Origin: Eledone cirrhosa
Lineage: Eukaryota
Assembly (NCBI GenBank): GCA_964016885.1
Contig: OZ024741.1
Coordinates: 118,792,001-118,856,000, forward strand
Length of the DNA: 64,000 bases
Direction: 5' to 3'
Shown one piece after another: positions 55,267-64,000 of this stretch. The position numbers and the translations under genes were made by a program. Positions within the stretch are counted from its first letter, which is position 1. Each line of letters opens with the position of its first letter. The notes below the pieces were generated by a model, which saw only the letters and a list, made by a program, of their open reading frames with translations, was not told the origin of the DNA and searched no databases.

Positions 55267-56089
55267 ATGAAAAACGAAGAATCAGTGATGCATCAAAACA
55301 CAATTTAATAACCTATTACAATTGTTTCTCCGGCGAACAACTCGAGGTACGATATATTTGTTGATCGAACCTGACTCTGGATTGGCAAGTTCCTCAGAAA
55401 TGTCTAGCGACTTCGAAGCAAATCCTGTCTGTAGCACTCCTCCCCTTTGAATTTTCTTCATGTGCGATCCCTCATATGTACTTTTTTATGTATTTTTTTA
55501 AAGTATATCCTTTGCATTCATTGTTTCTATGAACTTTCCATATGTAATTTGTTTATATGGGTTTTTTTATGTGGATTATTTCCCGTTAATACCCTAAGAC
55601 ACCTCACTCAATGTGTACATGAAAGTGTGTCTACATATACGTATACACCTCTACGTGAGATGTTGCGTACATTTTCTGATCTATTCCTTATTTTGTATTT
55701 TTTACGTATTTCTTTACGTAAATTTTCTTTGTGTATTCCTTGATGTACATCATTATATGTATTTTTTTATGTGTACTTTCTAAGCATTTTTGTACATTTT
55801 CTTTTCATATGGGTTTTTTTTATATGTGGTTTGTATGTGGAGTATTTCAAGTTAACACCCAAAGCCACCTTAGTCAACGTGTATATGAATGTGTGTCTAT
55901 ATAGGTATATACTGCTATGTGTGTATACACGGGTATATACAGGTACGTGCACCTTAACCTGCGCAAGAGTGCCCGTAGGGACATGTATACACGCACACGC
56001 ACAGTCGTGAGTGTCTGTAATTATATGTGTGTGCACGTGTGTCTATGTCCTAGTGTGTGTACATGCGCATCTATGGATGCATATATGTA

Positions 56090-56143
<54 letters not shown>

Positions 56144-56975
56144 TAGGCTTGGTTATGTGCCTGCGTACGCGTGGGTACATGTATGTGTATGTATGTATGT
56201 GTGTGTGCATATGTAGGTGTGTATATATATGTATATATATATGTGTATATATATAGATACATATATGTATGTGTGTGAGTCCGTGTATGTGTACATGTGT
56301 GCGGTGTGCGTATATCTTTGTATGCATATACCTATATATGAGGGTGTGAATATATGCATATGTACATGTATGCGCACGCGCATGAGCGTACGCGCGGGTG
56401 TGTGTGTGTGTGTGCATGTCCGCACAGATAAGTGTGAGATCAGGAGCTCTGAATGTCTGTGTGTGAGCACACGTGTATGTGGGTATGTGTGTGTCGGGCT
56501 GCGGGCAAGCTAGGGACAGGCAAGGTAGATCAGAACTCCTTGCCCACGTAACAGTAATTCTGGCAACAGAATTAAGGTGAGTGACAGCTCACGCCTGAAT
56601 GGAAATGGTCAGTGGGCAGTTTGGAATGGTCAAACTTACAGGTGACGTCTCGAACTCTTGACCAATCGATGGGCTGCGCAAACAGGATGATGGCAGATGA
56701 AGAAAATTCAAAGGGACGGAATGCAACAGACAGAGGATTTGCTTTGAAGTCGCTAGACGTATCTGAGGAACTTGCGAATCCAGAGTCAGGTTCGATCCAC
56801 AAATAGATCGTACCTCGAGCTGTTCGCCGGAGAAACACTTGTAATACGTTATTAAATTGTGTTTCGATGCATCACGGATTCTTCGTTTTCCATATTATTA
56901 TACTCTGCTCTGAAGGAGCATAGAGTGCTCAACCGGCATACCGCCTATGTACGCATTCAAGCAAGCTAACTACAA
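55267..56975 (+). mobile_element. PLE-like element with ~195-bp inverted termini (55267-55461 and 56697-56893) plus tail
   Basis: Diverged inverted repeats containing a hammerhead; starts at (TA)n. Confidence 0.75.
56757..56849 (+). ncRNA. Type I hammerhead ribozyme with extended stem II
   Basis: ACGUAU-CUGAGGA-(GCGAA..AGGU.CGAUC/GAUCG.ACCU..UUCGC)-GAAA-C[ACUU; AAUU in mirror copy]G-UA^-AUACGU. Confidence 0.7.
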
Positions 56976-56981
56976 ATATAT

Positions 56982-57361
56982 ATGCATTGTATGGTTTTTA
57001 AAATTATTTAAATTTATACACACACACACATACACACACACATATATATATATATATATGTGTATAAATTTAAATAATTTTAAAAACCATACAATGCATT
57101 AGAAAATTAAAGGTGTCAAGATAACAATAGAGTCTTACCTTAGCAAATTTTATAATCCCAAATATTTTCGGGTTTACAAATCTATTATCAAAGGGGTATC
57201 CCTGTGAAAGCTTTAAAGGGTCGATCGGAGATGATTTGTTAGGAAGGCAGATAGTTAAATGGCATTAGTTTTTAAATTTGCTAAGGTAAGACTCTATTGT
57301 TATCTTGGCACCTTTAATTTTCTAATGCATTGTATGGTTTTCAAAATTACTTAAATTTATA
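56982..57361. mobile_element. Fold-back element with a degenerate U3-A8 hammerhead on the - strand (57155-57196)
   Basis: Arms ~57064-57150 and 57274-57361; minus strand cccct-TTGATAA...aaaccc-GAAA-atattt-gggat. Confidence 0.6.
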
Positions 57362-57549
57362 TTTCCCATTCAACAATGCTTCAAGCAAACTACAATACTC
57401 TGTTTTATATATATGTCTTGGCTGTGGCCAAGCTAACGATATACAATTAGGAACGTGCAGCAAAGCACTCAATAAAGTTGTAGGCCTTAGAGTAATAACA
57501 TACGTTTAGACAGCTTGACAAATTGAAAATTGCGGCAGGTAAGCCTAGC

Positions 57550-57586
<37 letters not shown>

Positions 57587-57588
57587 CG

Positions 57589-57729
<141 letters not shown>

Positions 57730-58259
57730 TAGTCAGTAATACACATTACATCTCAATGAATAATATCGCTTAGAACATAATTCAGAGAACCTTATAAAAA
57801 CAAATGTAAATCTATCTTAAACAAGGCTGAGAATTAACTATAAGGAAGATCACATTAAAGTACCTTAAAATAAATGAAACCATGTGCGTATTTTTCCTGA
57901 GGCAAAATTAACTATTACCTCTTAATTGCAGTTTTCACAGACTAAACAGTCACAGAAATCTTCTATCTCAATCAAATGAGATTGAATATCTGCCTGAAAA
58001 CTTGTCTAATCATCGGAGAGGTTTTTTTCTGTTCCTAAAATGAAGTGAGACAAAATATATTTTACCTCTAGACAGATCTCTTTCCATCAGGAAATAATAT
58101 AAAATCTAGCATTGTGCACAATAACGTACGCATGCGTTGAATTTTCAAAAACGGCAAATATTCGTACAATATAGACGAGGTGACGAGAAAATATTTTGCT
58201 AGAAAATCGTCCTTCCACTCAACAGTAAAGAAGCAGTTTATATATATATATATATATAT

Positions 58260-59381
58260 ACATTATGAAGAGAGAAGAAACATTTAGATATAATTAGTAA
58301 TAAAATGTATCATACCTAAACTGCTTCTAAATTCCTCGACTACGTAGTTTCGTGGCATAAACAAAAACAATATATCATAAAGATATAGAGTCCTTGCGAG
58401 GTCTGCCGACTTATCAAGAGGATACCTCATTTTACTAGTCTCAAGAACGCGTCTACACGACGTGAGAAAGAATCCCAAAAGGCGGAGGGGGAGATAGTCA
58501 CGCGATATAACGGTCGAGAAACAGAGCTAAGCCTCTTATAACCCCGAAGAAAATACCACGGAGGCGGAGGGGGTATTTATATCGAGGCCGTAGAAGAGGT
58601 GGTGAAGGAGACGAGAAGTATGAGTAATGGAAGCTTTCCAGCTGTCCCCACACTTCAAAGATTGCTCGACCAGAGGGAGTTATTAACAATATATTTAGAA
58701 ACACACAGATACATGCGGACACACACATATATACATGAATGCATCCGCACCCAACTGTGAGTTAAGGGTGCCAACTTCACCGATGTTGCTCAATGAATGA
58801 CTGGGACAGACCAATTCAGTTGAACTAGACTGAACCATTATCAGAGTTAAAAATACATTATGAAGAGAGAAGAAACATTTAGATATAATTAGTAATATAA
58901 ATACCCCCTCCGCCTCCGTGGTATTTTCTTCGGGGTTATAAGAGGCTTAGCTCTGTTTCTCGACCGTTATATCGCGTGACTATCCCCCCCTCCGCCTTTT
59001 GGGATTCTTTCTCACGTCGTGTAGACGCGTTCTTGAGACTAGTAAAATGAGGTATCCTCTTGATAAGTCGGCAGACCTCGCAAGGACTCTATATCTTTAT
59101 GATATATTGTTTTTGTTTATGCCACGAAACTACGTAGTCGAGGAATTTAGAAGCAGTTTAGGTATGATACATTTTATTACTAATTATATCTAAATGTTTC
59201 TTCTCTCTTCATAATGTATTTTTAACTCTGATAATGGTTCAGTCTAGTTCAACTGAATTGGTCTGTCCCAGTCATTCATTGAGCAACATCGGTGAAGTTG
59301 GCACCCTTAACTCACAGTTGGGTGCGGATGCATTCATGTATATATGTGTGTGTCCGCATGTATCTGTGTGTTTCTAAATAT

Positions 59382-59386
<5 letters not shown>
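58260..59386. mobile_element. Retrozyme/PLE-like element: permuted ~595-bp unit on the - strand followed by an inverted copy
   Basis: 58260-58580 and 58687-58896 are reverse complements of parts of 58897-59386; direct repeat at 58260 and 58855; (TA)n flanks. Confidence 0.85.
59055..59144 (+). ncRNA. Type I hammerhead ribozyme, U3-A8 core (identical copy on - strand at 58333-58422)
   Basis: UCCUC-UUGAUAA-GU(C)GGCA...UGCCAC-GAAA-CUACGUAG-UC^-GAGGA; predicted cut after 59139. Confidence 0.8.
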
Positions 59387-59447
<61 letters not shown>

Positions 59448-59714
59448 CCTCATTGGGCACAAAAATAATGTACGGAGAACCTCATCCAATATACAGTGGT
59501 GACCATAACTGGACACTGGTTACATGTTAAGTGTATGAAACATTGTTTATACTAAATAATCTCTCTTGCAATAGATTGAGCAGTTTTCTCTTCCGCTTTC
59601 ATCTATGGATAGCGTACACACACACAAATACACACACACACACAAAGACACGCACACACACACTTATATATATATATATAATATATATATAAGATATATA
59701 GATATATATTGATT

Positions 59715-59748
<34 letters not shown>

Positions 59749-59770
59749 TATACACACATATACACACAAA

Positions 59771-59915
<145 letters not shown>

Positions 59916-60814
59916 CTAGCAGTGGTACCCGCGTTGCACGAGACAAGGTATTTTTGAACGCGGGCCGCCAACAGACCTAATCGTAGAAAAACTGCATGCG
60001 TGGACAATATGTAAAGAAAATAAACCGAATACTCTGATGGCTGGATAATCTTTAATATTTTCCTCGATGAAGCAGGAAAAATGCAGGTTTTCACCTAATG
60101 CAGGCCCTAGGGGATCAAGAAAATGAATTTTTTTTATGTGCATAAGGTGCCTTGAAATTTCGGGAAAATCGGCGAGACGCAACGCCTCAAAAAAGCCCTA
60201 AAAAGCTGAAACAAATGAGGTTTTTCACCCAATGCAGGCCCTAGGCCATAAAAAAGTTGGATTTTCTTTGCTCACGGTATGAAGAAGAGACTGACTAATA
60301 CATAGTTACAATTTCAAGGAAATCAGTCTGACGTAACGACTCAAGAAAACCCTAAAAACCTGCAAAAACGCAGTTTTTCACCTAATGCGGGCCTTAGGGG
60401 ATCCCTGAAATATAAGTAATACACATGTAAAGTTTGAAAAAGATCGGTTGGGTACTTCTAGAGTTTTAGGGATTCAAACTCACACACACACACACACACA
60501 CAGGCAGACATCCTCAGGGAAGTGACGAAATGCAGACAGCCAGGCATAGAGACAGATATTATAAGGGCGCGATGTTATATATATGTATCTATATAAAAAG
60601 AGAAAGACTATGAATTATAGATCGAGATCGCTAAATCGCCTAATGCGGTCCCTAGGGCATTGAAAAATTTGAAATTTGTTTTGCTCAGAACACTCCCTGA
60701 AACATAAGTATTACATGTGTAAAGTTTGAAAACAGTCGGTTGGGTGGTTCTCGAGTTTTAGGGATTCAAACTCACACACACACAGACAGACATCCGCAGT
60801 TTTATATATGTAGA
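59916..60814 (-). mobile_element. Non-autonomous Helitron with internal tandem repeats
   Basis: 5' TCTA at 60814, 3' hairpin plus CTAG|t at 59916; tttcacctaatgcaggccctagg repeated 3-4 times. Confidence 0.75.
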
Positions 60815-61491
60815 CTAGCAGAAAACCACCCGGTGGGCGGTTTTCTGCTAGCAAATCTAGTGTATATACTGATATTGTTGAGATTTGGATGAGAAATGTT
60901 TTCGGCACCACTTTTATGCATGTATAAATATATATGTTATCTATACGGTGAAATCTTTGAAATAAATATATGTTAAAACGAAAAAGGAGAAAATAAATAA
61001 CTGGCGGTTAGAAAAAAATATTCCTATGAAATGTTAATCATACCATTAGGTGTGAATAAGGAAATATATTTTTATTGTCAAAACAAATGTTCAAAAGTTA
61101 AACTTCAATTTTTTGAATTATTTCCAATTTTTTCATGAAATTGAACACTGGACATTGGCTGCTGGAAATGGAAATTAAATCGTATTTAATTGTATTTAAA
61201 TTTCTAACCTTATTTTATTATTTATATTTTTTCTATAAGAAATAAAAAAAAACAACTAAAAAAATTGAAGAAAAAAATTGAACAAATCAAACGTAGGTTA
61301 TGGAACTGCGCAATCTGATTAATAAATTACCTCATCAGCAGCAACCTTCTTCAAATGGTCCTTATTATCAGCAGCAACAACCACAAATTCAATGGCAACC
61401 TTCTTCAAACCACAAATTCAATGGAAACCTTCTTCGCATGGTGTCAAGTCAGAACCGCCTCGAACTGGTTACTTCTGGCTTGTGCAACGTG

Positions 61492-61545
<54 letters not shown>

Positions 61546-61556
61546 TATATGTATAT

Positions 61557-61750
61557 GAAAAAATTCAGGCCCCCAACGGCTGAGCTCCGACCGTTTCGAC
61601 AGCTAGATCAGTTCGGATCTAGCTGTCGAAACGGCCGGAGCTCAGCCGTCGGGGTCCTGACTCTTTTCCTATTACCCACTCTACTACCCTAAGTATCGAG
61701 TACTCTGGTGCGTTGTGGTCCACCTGATATCTTACCACACCCTCTTTGTT
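61557..61750 (+). mobile_element. Family A fold-back element, copy 8
   Basis: Centre ctagatcagttcggatctag; tail. Confidence 0.85.
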
Positions 61751-61894
61751 CATATAGTATATATACTTCATATGCATATGTGTGTGCGCGCGTCAATATA
61801 CACACAGATAAGTGAAACTGGGACTAACAACAACAAAAACACAAAGGTCACCAAGTGCATTTACAGTTTTACAGTGACGTCTTGCAGACGATAG

Positions 61895-62180
61895 TGGAGG
61901 CACGTGGCCTAGTGGTAAGGGTGTTGGGCTTATGATCATAATGTCGTGGGTTCAATTCCTGGGTTATGTGTTGTGTTCTTGAGCAAAACACTTCATTTCA
62001 CGTTGCTCCAGTATACTCAGCTGAAAATGAGTACCAGCAATAGCTGGAGGTTTAACCCTGCAATGGACTGGCGTCCTGTCCAGGGGGGAGTTTTGTACTA
62101 TCAGTCGCTTCACATAATGAAACCGGGATAAGCACCGGCCAAATGAGCCTTCTGACTTAAAACAGACTTTAGACTTTAGA
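61895..62180 (+). mobile_element. Full-length tRNA-derived SINE with 14-bp TSD
   Basis: A box tggcctagtgg, B box ggttcaattcc, tail (agacttt)n; TSD cttgcagacgatag at 61881-61894 and 62181-62194. Confidence 0.9.
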
Positions 62181-62576
62181 CTTGCAGACGATAGACGGAA
62201 CTGGAGTAAAATCTAAAATGGCTGCCATAGAGATGAATGATTAAGATTAGAAGTTAACCGCATCTGATGAGTACACTCTCTGCAGGAAGTCTACCCATAT
62301 AATTACGTTGTGAGGGATTGGAACAAACTCCTAAAAGACACCGGAGTAAATACTGAACCTTAGTGTCATTTTCTGATCACTTTACCACAGTTCGCCATCT
62401 CTTTTTACACCTTTCTCTCTTCCATTCCCACTGATTCTCTGTCACTATATGTACGTGTGTACACATATCTACATGTATAGGTATGTGCGTGTATACACAC
62501 ATACAGACACACACACGTACATATAGTACGTATAAGTGTGTGTATAAACATAAATGTACGGGTGTATGCCTGTATG

Positions 62577-62613
<37 letters not shown>

Positions 62614-62615
<2 letters not shown>

Positions 62616-62797
62616 CGAAGGAAATGTGGTAAGGAACCAGGTGGACCATAACGCACCAAAGTACTCAATACTTAGGGTAGTAGAGTGGGTAATAGGAACG
62701 AGTAGGACCCCGACGGCTGAGCTCAACCCGTTTCGACGGCTAGTTCTGAACTAGCCGTCGAAACGGGTTGAACTCAGCCGTCGGGGTCCTACTCGTT

Positions 62798-62799
<2 letters not shown>
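62614..62799 (-). mobile_element. Family A fold-back element, copy 9
   Basis: Centre ctagttctgaactag; tail; (TA)n flanks. Confidence 0.85.
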
Positions 62800-62876
<77 letters not shown>

Positions 62877-62880
<4 letters not shown>

Positions 62881-63348
62881 ATAGTTGGGGAGGGTCATAT
62901 TGTTGTAATAATATTGCCAGAATTAATAACAGAACACACTCACTCCTTGGTTGGTTTTCGCTTCTGTATCTTTTATATTAGTTAATTTATTCGGTCCTCA
63001 AGGTTTATAATATATATATTTATAATATATACATGATATACCTCTAAATGTTGTATAGTGTTCAAAAATACTTAGTTATTAGTAGTGAAACTTTCCATAA
63101 TCACTAAACTTTTACAAGCATTATGTATATATATTTCAGTGCAGAAGTAAATGATAAAGTAGAAAATCAAACTTTCCAGTTGTTGTCTTCCTGTTTCTTC
63201 TACAACAACTACAACGGTACGCGATGGGGCCCACCCACAGCCCCGGCGGACAGACTGGAGAAGGCGTTTCCCCGGAGGGCGGCAAGGGAGACGCGCTGGA
63301 AAACACACTCCAACTAGCGGGGCTCACACCTGCGGCTGACCAGCTACA
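62877..63348. mobile_element. Possible solo-LTR-like repeat
   Basis: TGT...ACA ends; first ~100 bp resemble 1210-1290; no TSD seen. Confidence 0.3.
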
Positions 63349-63373
63349 TGTCTATATCTATCTATCTACCTCC

Positions 63374-63465
<92 letters not shown>

Positions 63466-64000
63466 TCAATACATTAACAGAGAAAGCCTTAAGCTTTACT
63501 CTGGCTGGCTACCATCTCACTCAACAAACATTAGGATATACCTTAGTATAATCCCAATTATATGTTTGGGGTGCTAACTATATGTATTTTGTGGAAAGCC
63601 AGTTGTATTATTTTATATGAGATACAATTAAAATTAAAATATATCTCTCTTTCCAAACAATTGTTTCATTATAAGTTTTTTACAAGTTGGGAGAATGTAT
63701 CCGGGTTATGTAAAAGCCAACATATTTTTCTGTAAGAACATATGCAGGTAGGCACTTATAAATCATCAGTGGATGCCCGTCAAACATTGATATAAGAAAA
63801 AATTCCTTACCGATGTCATTTTTTGTGTCAGCTAATCATCCCTCCACGCATCATAATGACCGCCAAATTTGAAATTCCAGCAGTCTCAGAATGAGGAATT
63901 TCACAGCGTCACGAAGCGGAAAAGGGAGGCAATCGCGAAACACAAGAAAGTAAAATAATATACACGTGGGTGAATTAAATTTTTTCAACAATTTTAACCC

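Noticed and set aside
58284-59193. Identical 64-aa ORF pair as a gene
   Set aside because: Simply reflects the inverted repeat; non-ATG start and overlaps the ribozyme

Overview
This is AT-rich, microsatellite-dense eukaryotic DNA; the repeat landscape suggests an animal, probably a cephalopod such as Octopus (inferred, not searched). No intact host gene is evident, and almost all listed ORFs are artefacts of (TA)n, (CA)n and (GA)n runs. Recognisable content: decayed LINEs (RTE, two copies with C-terminal C2H2 fingers; CR1-like; an R4/Dong-like RLE element), a hAT transposon, Helitron remnants, MITEs, many tRNA-derived SINEs, a 40-bp minisatellite, and a 48-bp Thr-coding array with a ~5 kb open frame on the minus strand. 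The strongest signal is about 20 short non-coding elements from roughly 8-10 sequence families, mostly inserted in (TA)n and mostly folded back as inverted repeats. Several carry complete type I hammerhead ribozyme folds read by eye, with U3-A8 core covariation, palindromic stem III loops and unusually long stem II. They look like Penelope-like-element or retrozyme-type mobile RNAs. In the commonest family the fold-back centre lies in the ribozyme's own stem II hairpin. All structures were derived manually; no database search or folding program was run.
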